From IMG/VR virus record IMGVR_UViG_3300045119_000370, positions 1 to 64,000 of that record: DNA of 64,000 nt. One strand, written 5' to 3'. The stretch's first letter is position 1; each line of letters starts with the position of its first letter. Of the stretch, positions 46,851 to 55,742 are shown one piece after another. The notes beneath the pieces were generated by a model. The model saw nothing but the letters and a program-made list of their open reading frames with translations, searched no databases and was not told the origin of the DNA. The position numbers and the translations under genes are program-made. Source of the stretch: a virus.

Positions 46851-48038
46851 ATGGCCAGAGCAAAGCTAGGCGTAATCGATCCCGCGACCACTTCCGGCAC
46901 GGCACTGGCGGCGATGCTGAGCGACCGCGACGCTGCCGAGAACAGTGGCCACATCGCCGCCACTGGAAGGCCGGACTACGCAACGGATGGGATGCTCTAT
47001 TCCATCGGCGACGGCGTCATCCAGCCGAGATTATGGTTGGCGGTTGGGCCGGCTGGTCCCGACATCGATCTGAGCACGCTGTTCAATCCTCGGCCCGGCA
47101 CCATACGACACACTGCGGAAGTCGTCTTGCCGGATGGTTGGTTGTGGTGCGACGGTTCGACGGTGGCACGGGCTGGCGCTGGCAGCTTCCCCGCCTTGTT
47201 CGATGCTATCTGTCCACCTTTCACCGGCACGGCAAACACTGGCAGCAACGTCATCAGCGGAATCACCATCACTGGGTGGCCGGGGAAAAACTTCAATGCG
47301 TCCGGCCTCATCGGCGCAGTCGTCGAAGGCCCCGCTGGTTTGAACGGTGCAATCGTGACGGCGGTCAGCACGACCTCGATCACTGTGTCGTTGAACGCCA
47401 ACGCTACACTGCTTGGCTCGTTCCGCGTCTTCCCGCATGGCAACGGCAACGGCGGCACAACCTTCACCTTGCCCAACGCCAAGGGCCGGACGATCATCGG
47501 TCGTACCGACATGAACGGCAACGAGAACGGCTTCATCACCGTGGCTGGTTCCGGTGTCGACGGCACCAAGCTCGGGGCCGGTGGTGGCGCGCAGAACGTC
47601 ACGCTTGGCATCGCCAACGTGCCGGCACATGCTCACACCGGAGGCGTCAGCCTAAATCAAGCCTCGATAGGTTACGAGGGTGCCCATACGCACACGTTCT
47701 CGGACACGACCAGCACGACATCTGGCGCAAGCCCGGCAACCCACGTGCATGGCGCGCTCGCACCCGGTACATCTTTCATGCAGGATGTGGCTGATGGGAC
47801 CGGCAATATAACTATTGGTAGCGGTAACCGGGTCAAGTTCATCGGTTCTACTGGTGCTGGTGGTGCGCATACGCACACCGTCGCGGTCAGTGGTACGACA
47901 GCCGCTGGTACGTCGCATACTCATACATTCTCTGGCACTTTTATCTTGACAATGAACTCCGGTCCCCCAGAGGCTATTTCAACGCCGATCAATAAGCTCC
48001 CGCCTTGCATCGTTGAAAACGTGGTCATCAAAACATGA
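46851..48038 (+). CDS. Tail fibre protein with collar domain and HxH motifs
   Basis: PDGWLWCDG..FPALF.AI, G.GNG.TTFTLPN.KGR, PAHAH, HTH, PP.IV.N.VIKT. Confidence 0.85.
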   Translation: MARAKLGVIDPATTSGTALAAMLSDRDAAENSGHIAATGRPDYATDGMLYSIGDGVIQPRLWLAVGPAGPDIDLSTLFNPRPGTIRHTAEVVLPDGWLWCDGSTVARAGAGSFPALFDAICPPFTGTANTGSNVISGITITGWPGKNFNASGLIGAVVEGPAGLNGAIVTAVSTTSITVSLNANATLLGSFRVFPHGNGNGGTTFTLPNAKGRTIIGRTDMNGNENGFITVAGSGVDGTKLGAGGGAQNVTLGIANVPAHAHTGGVSLNQASIGYEGAHTHTFSDTTSTTSGASPATHVHGALAPGTSFMQDVADGTGNITIGSGNRVKFIGSTGAGGAHTHTVAVSGTTAAGTSHTHTFSGTFILTMNSGPPEAISTPINKLPPCIVENVVIKT

Positions 48039-48271
48039 TTGTGAAGTTCGAGGACGAGTACGGTGTCAGCCTGTACGACTACGTGGTCCACGTCAGCAGG
48101 CTCAATGACGAGAGCACCGTTAAGATGACGCGGGCGACACTCGACCACAATCTCGTTGGCAACGAGTTCGACCATGGCAGCTTGACCATATTGAGCGACA
48201 AGGGCGTGATCATCAGTCAGTACGATCTGGGACCGAAACTGACGAGCGATCCGGGGAAGGCACCAAACTGA
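48035..48271 (+). CDS. Hypothetical protein
   Basis: ATGA overlap with the fibre gene. Confidence 0.45.
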   Translation: MIVKFEDEYGVSLYDYVVHVSRLNDESTVKMTRATLDHNLVGNEFDHGSLTILSDKGVIISQYDLGPKLTSDPGKAPN

Positions 48272-48626
48272 GTTGCCGCTCGAACAGTAGCTCGACCTTT
48301 TTGATACTGATTTTGGCGACTGTGCCGTGACCCTCATGGTCGACGACCGTCAGCAGATACCACTGCATGCCCGGCCAGTGCTTGTTGGCCGAGCGGAACG
48401 AGGCCCGGTTGGCGAAGAGGGCTTCGCGCCGCTTTGATGGCGATAGCTCACGCTCGTCCAAAACCAACGCCACCATGTGCGAGCCGGACTCGCGACAAGC
48501 CCAGAACACCATGTCGCCCACTTGCAACGAGGCCAGTGTCCCCTTGTCATGGATGGCAACGTCGCCTTCGTAATATTTGACAATGGGTTGGGCGATGCGG
48601 GCGACCTGAGCGTAGAGCGTGGGCAT
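48213..48626 (-). CDS. Hypothetical early protein
   Basis: GAGGGAAGGA RBS; FWACRESGSH. Confidence 0.6.
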   Translation of the reverse strand: MPTLYAQVARIAQPIVKYYEGDVAIHDKGTLASLQVGDMVFWACRESGSHMVALVLDERELSPSKRREALFANRASFRSANKHWPGMQWYLLTVVDHEGHGTVAKISIKKVELLFERQLSLVPSPDRSSVSVPDRTD

Positions 48627-48642
48627 TGGAATCCTTCCCTCA

Positions 48643-48671
48643 TTGACGCTTTACTATAGACCAATTATGAT
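48643..48671 (+). promoter_or_regulatory. sigma70 promoter for the VPLPA-CTERM gene
   Basis: TTGACG-N17-TATGAT. Confidence 0.7.
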
Positions 48672-48713
48672 CTTGGTGCAGCTAGTTGCAACACTGCGAA
48701 ATGGAGATATCTC

Positions 48714-49454
48714 ATGAAGTTACCTTTTCTTGGGTTAGCGGCTATCGCCGGTCTGGGCTTACTGATGGCTCAGCCAGCGCAGGCGAACCTGATGGTCACG
48801 ATGACCGACAGCACTGGTGGCAGTTTCCACTGCGTTGATAACGGTGGGGTCTGCGACTTTTCAGGACTGGCTGACAACCTCCTGACACTCAATAACACTG
48901 TTGGAGCGTTTCAGGTCACGGGGACCATCTCGGTCTCGTCGAGTGGACTGGTCAATCTGCTGTCGCTGGTGAACTTCGGTGCCACCAACACGACAGGTGC
49001 AGCCGCCACACTGAATATGTGGGTCAGTGACACGGACTTCACTGCGCCAGTGGCGAGCATCCAAGGGTCGGCAGGCATTCTCTTCTCGAATGCAGTCGGT
49101 TCGGGACCGTCCAGTCTGGAGTTCTATGCTGACAACGGTAACGCGCAGGGTGCCAATCTGACGAACGCTCCCGGCACTTTCCTGTTCGGAGCCACGCAGA
49201 CGCCGACCACCAACCCGCAGCAATTTCTCGGCAATGACTTTGCCGCGTTCAGCGACGCCAACCTGTTCTCGATGACGCAAGTTGCGCACATCAACCTGAT
49301 CGGTGGCGGCTCGTTCACCGACTTTGGCATGAACATGCAGTCATCGCCCACCCCGATCCCCGCCGCTCTGCCGCTCTTCGCTACGGCAGTTGGTGGGTTC
49401 GGCATCTACGGACGTTGGCGGAAGCGTAAGAGCGCTGCGCTGACGCCCGCCTAA
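48714..49454 (+). CDS. Secreted PEP-CTERM/VPLPA-CTERM surface protein
   Basis: Signal peptide ending PAQA; C-terminal TPIPAALPLFATAVGGFGIYGRWRKRK. Confidence 0.85.
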   Translation: MKLPFLGLAAIAGLGLLMAQPAQANLMVTMTDSTGGSFHCVDNGGVCDFSGLADNLLTLNNTVGAFQVTGTISVSSSGLVNLLSLVNFGATNTTGAAATLNMWVSDTDFTAPVASIQGSAGILFSNAVGSGPSSLEFYADNGNAQGANLTNAPGTFLFGATQTPTTNPQQFLGNDFAAFSDANLFSMTQVAHINLIGGGSFTDFGMNMQSSPTPIPAALPLFATAVGGFGIYGRWRKRKSAALTPA

Positions 49455-49477
49455 CTTTCTCGACTTCAAGAAGCAAG

Positions 49478-49512
49478 CAGGCGCGCCATGGTCGGCGCGC
49501 CTGTTTTCGTTT
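49478..49512 (+). terminator. Rho-independent terminator
   Basis: CAGGCGCGCC-N6-GGCGCGCCTG then TTTTCGTTT. Confidence 0.75.
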
Positions 49513-49547
49513 GGTTCTCATCGTGGGGACGGACGACCGCAAAATTT

Positions 49548-49757
49548 TTATCGTTCGTCCTTGACAGCCCTCGGCCGCACGAACCGCTTCACCGCGACGT
49601 CCTTGCTCTTGATGTCGAAGCGTGGGTCGCCATCTTGCTCGTCGTTGCCGGGGAAGTACTGACCACCCCACGTCGACACGGCGTCCTCGACGAAGTCGCG
49701 CGTGTCGGTCCACGTCATGTCGCTGTCGACCTCGACAAGGAATCGGTGCTTGGTCAT
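49548..49757 (-). CDS. Hypothetical early protein
   Basis: AAGGA RBS; DAV..WGGQ..P..DP.F. Confidence 0.6.
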   Translation of the reverse strand: MTKHRFLVEVDSDMTWTDTRDFVEDAVSTWGGQYFPGNDEQDGDPRFDIKSKDVAVKRFVRPRAVKDER

Positions 49758-50061
49758 GGTCCATCCTTGACAGGCATCTGGTCGATGTGACCGAGCAGCG
49801 CGTCCATGCGGTTGGCGAGGTCGCGGCGCTCGTCGCCGATCAGCGGCCGGTCTGAGTACAGGCGGGTGAGCACCTGACGCAGGCCGGCGAGGGTCTCGCT
49901 CTCGCAGTAGTACGTTTCGTACAGTGTCTCGTCGTTGGGCATGTAGTTCCCCGGCATCAGTCTTGGTCCTTGTTGTGCATGTAGTCGATGTAGGTGAAGA
50001 TGCCGAGCGACAGGAGCACGAAGCCCGCCGCCATCGGGGCCAGCCAGTTTATGTCCATGGT

Positions 50062-50574
50062 TCACCTCGCCAATGCTCGTTGACGTGTGCCGGTATCGGC
50101 GGGATTGGTGTCGTCGACGATGCGCGGGCCGTTGAAGCCGAAGGGCGCGCGCAGGCCGGGATCGTCGTAGCCCCACAGATGATACTGGTTGGCAGTGTCG
50201 ACCAGCCGTGACTCGGCCGGAAACAGTTCCATGGCTTCGCACTCCTCACCGAGCAGCTGGTTCTTGATCCGTTGCAGGTCACGCCAGTCGCGTACCGGCT
50301 TCTTGTCGATGCGCTTGATCGACAGATGCACCAGATTGACCACCACGCCACTGCCGTCCTCACGTTCGAAGTTGGTCGGCGTCTTGCGGACGGAGACCTG
50401 ATACAGCCAGTTTTTGAAGACCGGCCACGACAGTTCCTCGTCGATGGCAGCACGGACTTTCGCTTCGTCGAAGCCTTCCGGCTGGATGCGCTTAGCGTGC
50501 TCGACCAGCGCCTCGATGCGTGCATCGTTGCGGATCGGCGACGCCGGCATTAACGGATACCACTGAGCCATCAC
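50062..50574 (-). CDS. Conserved phage hypothetical protein
   Basis: HLSIKR.D..DWRDLQRIKN..G.E.EA.E.FP.ESRLVD.AN.YHLW. Confidence 0.8.
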   Translation of the reverse strand: MMAQWYPLMPASPIRNDARIEALVEHAKRIQPEGFDEAKVRAAIDEELSWPVFKNWLYQVSVRKTPTNFEREDGSGVVVNLVHLSIKRIDKKPVRDWRDLQRIKNQLLGEECEAMELFPAESRLVDTANQYHLWGYDDPGLRAPFGFNGPRIVDDTNPADTGTRQRALAR

Positions 50575-50810
50575 TCTTTCACCTCCTCGATATCACGCCA
50601 CTCGTACTCGTCACCGCCAAGCTGCCAAAGCTCTTGCAGTGTCTTGACCTCCACGGAGCGGCCCGTGGGCGAGCCGGGGACCGCGACGTAGACGTTCGTG
50701 GTGTGCCAGCGCAGCGGACCTGCCCGCTTCGCCTGATGGTCGTCCAGCATCCAGCGGACGTCGTTGTAGGACAGGAGTGGTGGAGCCTTTCTGATCCCTT
50801 CGTCAGCCAT
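50571..50810 (-). CDS. Hypothetical protein
   Basis: GAGGA RBS; LQ.LW..EWRD. Confidence 0.55.
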   Translation of the reverse strand: MADEGIRKAPPLLSYNDVRWMLDDHQAKRAGPLRWHTTNVYVAVPGSPTGRSVEVKTLQELWQLGGDEYEWRDIEEVKE

Positions 50811-51186
50811 CGTCGTCCTCCTCGCTTGAGGTCGACCGCTTGAAGTTGGCGAAGCGCTCGATGCGCTGGCCGATGTTGCGCAGCCCGACGAAAGCGTGGG
50901 ACCAGTTCGTGGTCAGCCGAGCCAGCTGTGAAGCGTGCTCGCGCAGCGCCGCGTTGGTCTTCATCAGGCCGGCGATCAGTTCGAGGTAGACTCCGTGCTC
51001 CTCGGCGCTGAGCGGGCGTGCCTTGACGATCTTGATCAGTTCCGGGCGGTTGCTCATCAATGCCGGGAAGAGGTCGTTGGGCACATTCAGGGCGTCAACG
51101 AAGTCGGTCCACGAGTTGAGCTTGGTGTCCTCGACCAGCCGGTCGATCTCGGCATCCATGAGTTCGGTGGCGGTTGGCTTACTCAT
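50803..51186 (-). CDS. Hypothetical protein
   Basis: AAGGAG RBS; coupled operon. Confidence 0.55.
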   Translation of the reverse strand: MSKPTATELMDAEIDRLVEDTKLNSWTDFVDALNVPNDLFPALMSNRPELIKIVKARPLSAEEHGVYLELIAGLMKTNAALREHASQLARLTTNWSHAFVGLRNIGQRIERFANFKRSTSSEEDDDG

Positions 51187-51254
51187 GACACTTACTCCTT
51201 GGCGTTCCTTGATCAGCCTATGTCTGAATTCGCGGTTACGATCATCCCGTGCTG

Positions 51255-51917
51255 TCACGCTAACTCCTTGGCGTTGAGCACGTCGATGGTGACCCCGTCG
51301 CGCGGCATTGCCTTGAGCCGGTCGGCGTAGTCGGGGAAGTTCAGGTCAGTGACGTCGATCTCGTCGCCGAAGATGCGATTGGTCAGCTGGCGATAGTAGC
51401 CGCCCATGATCGCGTAGTTCTGGATCGAGATGGTCGGATCGCTGGCCCAACGCAGTGCCGGGTTGACTTTGAAGTCAACCTTGGCGACGCGCGTGATGGC
51501 GCTCACCGGGATGACGCCACGATGACAGGCAGTACCAAGCGCCTTGATCGAGGTAGGCCACTTGCCGGCATAGTCGACCATCTTGACGCGGTAGTAGCGC
51601 GTCCGCTTCTTCATGTCCCAATGCGTGGGCAGGTCGTCGTGGCCGCGCGACAGCTGCTCGATGGCGTCCTCGTCGGGGAGGAGGTCGAAGAAATTCAGAC
51701 GGTCGGTGTCGACCTCGATGATCGCGGCCGCGCCCTTGTCGGGATCGACAGCGTTGCACGCAAAATGCACGGCGTAGCCCTCGGTCAAGTAAACGCACTC
51801 AGCGTTGCTCTCGACCGAGTGCTTCCAGTTCGAGCGGCCCTTCTTGCCACGCGGCCGGATGCCGCTAATCAGAATGCCGGCCAAGGCAGTCTGGCTGGTC
51901 CCATGGTAGAGCTTCAT
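51255..51917 (-). CDS. HGT-type (Tpt1/Arr-like) ADP-ribosyltransferase-fold protein
   Basis: MKLYHGT..IL..GI.P, VYLT..A..FA, IIEVD, G.IP..AI. Confidence 0.65.
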   Translation of the reverse strand: MKLYHGTSQTALAGILISGIRPRGKKGRSNWKHSVESNAECVYLTEGYAVHFACNAVDPDKGAAAIIEVDTDRLNFFDLLPDEDAIEQLSRGHDDLPTHWDMKKRTRYYRVKMVDYAGKWPTSIKALGTACHRGVIPVSAITRVAKVDFKVNPALRWASDPTISIQNYAIMGGYYRQLTNRIFGDEIDVTDLNFPDYADRLKAMPRDGVTIDVLNAKELA

Positions 51918-52086
51918 TTTTTACCCCCTTCGATCAGACGCAGGCGTGGTGCCGGCTGGTCAGGTTGTTTGTCAGTGTGCAGTACGAGCTTCACGAGTCT
52001 CACGAACTCGACGACGCCTTCGTGGATGCGGCGGATGACACGTGCCATGCAGTAAACCACCAAGACAGCGAAGACAGTCGAGAGCA

Positions 52087-52299
52087 TTACCTGCGATCCC
52101 TTCTCTTTGCCTTTGCAAGATATAAAAGGCGCTGCACGGAATGCAAGCGTTCAGACGGGAATTTTCTGATCCAACGTCGAAACCCTCGCCACCGTTTGAG
52201 GACGTCCTTGATCAGCGTGATAAGCAGTGCGAGGAGGAAGATTATGACCAGAGTGGTCACCCAGTCTTCACCCCACAGCGATGCGAAAAAGTCGTTCAT
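52087..52299 (-). CDS. Small membrane protein
   Basis: Hydrophobic VTTLVIIFLLALLITLI followed by a basic tail. Confidence 0.45.
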   Translation of the reverse strand: MNDFFASLWGEDWVTTLVIIFLLALLITLIKDVLKRWRGFRRWIRKFPSERLHSVQRLLYLAKAKRRDRR

Positions 52300-52521
52300 C
52301 AGTGTACTCCACAGGGCGACCAGCGCAGGAGTAGCTGGTGCTCCTCGTCTTTGAACAGGATGCGCCGCCGTTTGCGCACGGCCTTGCGCACGTCAATGGC
52401 ATACTTGCCCGTCAGTGCGGCCTTGATGACCACGTCGCGCAAGCCGTCATGGACAGCGTGCCAGCCGCCGCCGGGCATCTCCAGTTCGAGGATGCCGGCG
52501 TGCAGCAAGACCGTGTACTTG

Positions 52522-53112
52522 TCAGGCGTTTCGCGATGCATCGGAGTTGGCCTTTTTCAGTGCGTCGGCGAGCGACTGTGCGTACTGCATGGTGTCGAAT
52601 GCGACCGAGAACACGGTCAGCGGCAAGTTGGGCTTGCCGTCCGGTCGGAATGGCGTCGCCTTCGACTGGGTCCGATAAAACGCGATGGCCTCACTGGCGT
52701 TACCGAAGACCATGGCCTCGTCGAGCTTGTAGGTCCACTCGGCGTAGCCGGTCGGGTAGGGCACGCCGGGCGCATGCGCGTCGGCATCGAACGACTTGAG
52801 AAACTCGTCGGTTTCGTATCGGCGGATCACCATGGTAGGCATGATCGGGTCTCCAAACATTTGGTTCAATACATAGGCGTGGACGTGGTCCGGTTTGTCC
52901 CACTTCACGGGCAGGCCGTTGCGCATGTTAGAGCGGACCCCGCCGACGACGGCATAACTGTTAGGCACATGGTCAATGGTCATGGAGCAGGTCGTCTTGG
53001 CACCTCGTTCGGCCCAGTAAGCTTCGATGCGCTTGGCTAGTTCGATGCTCCCCTTGATCGAGCAATAGTTGGTTACGACCTTATCCTTTGCGTAGTATCG
53101 TTGCTTGGCCAT
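52522..53112 (-). CDS. Hypothetical protein
   Basis: Likely start MAKQRYY; VRSNM.NGLP and RPDGKPN.PLT motifs. Confidence 0.55.
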   Translation of the reverse strand: MAKQRYYAKDKVVTNYCSIKGSIELAKRIEAYWAERGAKTTCSMTIDHVPNSYAVVGGVRSNMRNGLPVKWDKPDHVHAYVLNQMFGDPIMPTMVIRRYETDEFLKSFDADAHAPGVPYPTGYAEWTYKLDEAMVFGNASEAIAFYRTQSKATPFRPDGKPNLPLTVFSVAFDTMQYAQSLADALKKANSDASRNA

Positions 53113-53161
53113 AACCCTTTCCTTTGCGTCGTCGATACTGACATATGCACTGACTGGGACT

Positions 53162-53521
53162 TTACAAGATGTCAAATAGTTCGCGGTCGCCACGCACGAT
53201 GACGATAGGCCCGACCAGCCCTACGATCACATCCAGTGTAGTGAGCGTGTCGCTAGGCTCGCGGCCGCCGCCACGGATGCCGGCGTGCCACAACGCCGTG
53301 GCCCGTGTGTTGGGCACCAGACCCTTGCCGCGACCGTCCTCGTCGCAGAAGACGACACACTTCTCGCCCTCGTACTTGGAGAAGAGCGGCACCAGTTCGA
53401 GGTAGCCATCGTTGAGGCCGGTCTTGAGCTTCTGATAGAGCGAGTTCTCGGTCGTCGTCTGGTCCAGTGTCTCGCTGGTCACGGTGCCGTCCGGTTGGAT
53501 GATAGTCAGTGTTCCCTTCAT
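53162..53521 (-). CDS. DUF3846-like protein
   Basis: GYLE.VP, CDEDGR.KGL..N.RAT.LW, LVG.IVIV.G. Confidence 0.7.
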   Translation of the reverse strand: MKGTLTIIQPDGTVTSETLDQTTTENSLYQKLKTGLNDGYLELVPLFSKYEGEKCVVFCDEDGRGKGLVPNTRATALWHAGIRGGGREPSDTLTTLDVIVGLVGPIVIVRGDRELFDIL

Positions 53522-54591
53522 GGTCCCTGCTCCCTTGCTGCCGGCTCGCCGGTCGTAACGCTGTAGTCGTGATCGATCTCACCGCGTGTGAGGTCACCAC
53601 GCTTGTGATCCTTGACCCACCACCGCATGCGGCCGCACCGCTTGCACGTCCAGTGCAGATCGTCGTCTGGCATCAACGGCCAGTCGTGTGAGCAGCCGGC
53701 GTTACCATGCTTGTGTGCGAAGAACCCGCGTACCTTGTGCCGGCGCGGCGACAGGCGCTCGCCCGACAGGACAAAGGCCCGCCGGATCGAGCGATGCTTG
53801 TGCAGGTCGATCTCCACCGTGTGATGGCTCTTGTAAGCAACGTTCTTGCCCCGGAAGAATCGCCGGCCCGCCGGCTGATTCGAGATGATGGTATGCGCCG
53901 GCCGGTTTAGCCAGAGCAGCGCTGCCCAGACATTGCGGACGTCGCCGGCCGAGTTCATCAGCATGTTAGCGATGTTCTCACGGCTCTTTTGCGTGGTGCC
54001 GCCACCGACCGCGATGTGGCTCACGTAGTCGGTGAACATATGTGCCTGACACTGGTCGAGCAGCATCTGCCGCTCGTCCTCGTCGACGATCTTCATCTGC
54101 GACGAGCCATAGGCGAGGGCGAGCTTGCTCCACTCGTGATCGAGCGCAACGACGATGCCGCGCGTCTTGTGATCGGGCACGACCTTCTCGCCGGGCAAGG
54201 TCCACTTGTAATAGTGCGGCAGTAGCGACGAGGACTCGGTGTCGTTCAGTCCTTTGCCGCGCGCCATGACGTAGATGCGCTGGCCGGACAAGAGGTAGCC
54301 GACGGCGACGTCGCTGCCGGGCTTGAAGCCCAAGACTGGGAACTGGTCAAAGAACCCCTTGTTGAACTCCAAGTACATGGTGTCAAACGGCGGGATCGCG
54401 AACTGGCGATGATGCAGGACGAGGTCGCCACACTCTAAAGCGAACTGACCGATGAGCTTGCTCGCCGAGTCCGAGAAGACGAAGCGCTCGGCGCGCCGAG
54501 CCGTAGCGAGGAGTTCCTCGCGTACTGCGCGGCTCATCCACTTGATGGGCTGTCCGGCGACCTCGTCGATGACGAGTGGCTGAGTGGTCAT
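53518..54591 (-). CDS. Conserved phage hypothetical protein
   Basis: PPFD..YLE; C-terminal PRRH.VRG..WW..H.RGD..G.I..DY.V. Confidence 0.7.
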   Translation of the reverse strand: MTTQPLVIDEVAGQPIKWMSRAVREELLATARRAERFVFSDSASKLIGQFALECGDLVLHHRQFAIPPFDTMYLEFNKGFFDQFPVLGFKPGSDVAVGYLLSGQRIYVMARGKGLNDTESSSLLPHYYKWTLPGEKVVPDHKTRGIVVALDHEWSKLALAYGSSQMKIVDEDERQMLLDQCQAHMFTDYVSHIAVGGGTTQKSRENIANMLMNSAGDVRNVWAALLWLNRPAHTIISNQPAGRRFFRGKNVAYKSHHTVEIDLHKHRSIRRAFVLSGERLSPRRHKVRGFFAHKHGNAGCSHDWPLMPDDDLHWTCKRCGRMRWWVKDHKRGDLTRGEIDHDYSVTTGEPAAREQGP

Positions 54592-54837
54592 GGTCAAACG
54601 TCCTCGTCGTGGCCATTGCGCTCGATCCACTCCTCGACCTCGCGCCGGGTTCCGTAGAACACTCGACGCTTGTCGCGGATGCGGACGGCGGCGTAGTCGG
54701 TCATGTAACCATCGGCCTTGAGGTGGCCGACGCCGACGCGGTAGAGCTTGGGAGTCTCGGTGGTCATGGTCAGTCCCTTCCTTTACATCATACATAGAGA
54801 GGGTGCGCCGCCGACGCAATCCCGGCGGCGCACTTAT

Positions 54838-55173
54838 TTACGCTTTCACCTTCTCCTTCGCCTTCTTCCCGGGGAAGACAGTCTCGATCAGATCGAGGCG
54901 CTCGATCTGGGTGAACTTGGCGTCTTCGGCCTTGTTGCCGTTGTCGCCTCTGACACCGTCACCACTCCAGACCACCCGGTCGTGACCAGTGACATCATAG
55001 ACATTGACCATGATGTCGTGGCCGGCGAGCTTGAACGTGGTCTTCCAGTCGAGGTAGGCGAGCTTGACGCAACGGTTGATCACGTCGAGCTTGTTCGGGC
55101 CTCGCGTCCAGCTGCCACAGCCAAGGCTGTTCAGCTGGATCAGTGCGAGGTAGTCGCGTTTGGTTTCGGTCAT
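54838..55173 (-). CDS. Hypothetical early protein
   Basis: GAAGGGAAACTAATG leader. Confidence 0.6.
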   Translation of the reverse strand: MTETKRDYLALIQLNSLGCGSWTRGPNKLDVINRCVKLAYLDWKTTFKLAGHDIMVNVYDVTGHDRVVWSGDGVRGDNGNKAEDAKFTQIERLDLIETVFPGKKAKEKVKA

Positions 55174-55369
55174 TAGTTTCCCTTCTCTAGCTTCTCCAAC
55201 TCGGCGAGGAGTTGGGCACGACGCTCTTCCCACTCTCGGCCCTCTTGGCTTGGGCGGGCAAGCTCATCATTGATATCCGACCGACGTCGGTCTCTCTGCT
55301 CTCTGGTCATGGTACCCTTCTCTCGTTCGGAGGATCACTGCCTCCATACTACATATATGTACTGACCTC

Positions 55370-55445
55370 CCACTTTACAAGAGCTAAAGTTGGCGATCAC
55401 GTTTTTGTTTTAGCTCTTGTAAAGTGGACAGGGCGTACTTATATG
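55370..55445. promoter_or_regulatory. Divergent promoter pair built on a 19-bp inverted repeat
   Basis: CCACTTTACAAGAGCTAAA (55370-55388) / TTTAGCTCTTGTAAAGTGG (55409-55427); TTGTAA-N17-TATATG on the + strand. Confidence 0.7.
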
Positions 55446-55495
55446 TAGTATGAAGGAAGGGAACCCGGCGAGGCCGGGGAGTGACAGGAGACCAG

Positions 55496-55660
55496 ATGGC
55501 TATGACCAAGGGCAAGCGCAAGACCCGCCGTCGCTCAGTGCGTCGCACTCGGCACGCACTCAATGCGGCGGTCGACTTTCTGACTCACGTGAGCGTGCGC
55601 AAGCTGACCAAGCGCAGCGACACTCACCCCGTCCGCAGCATGGTTCGCGAACGGTTTTAG
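55496..55660 (+). CDS. 54-aa Arg/Lys-rich protein
   Basis: AGGAG RBS; MAMTKGKRKTRRRSVRRTRH.. by manual translation. Confidence 0.5.
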   Translation: MAMTKGKRKTRRRSVRRTRHALNAAVDFLTHVSVRKLTKRSDTHPVRSMVRERF

Positions 55661-55742
55661 CTGATGTAAAGAAAACACTTGAAATCACGAAAGGCAGTGT
55701 TTAGCTATGGTAAAGCGAATGACACTTGAAGGGACCAAGACC

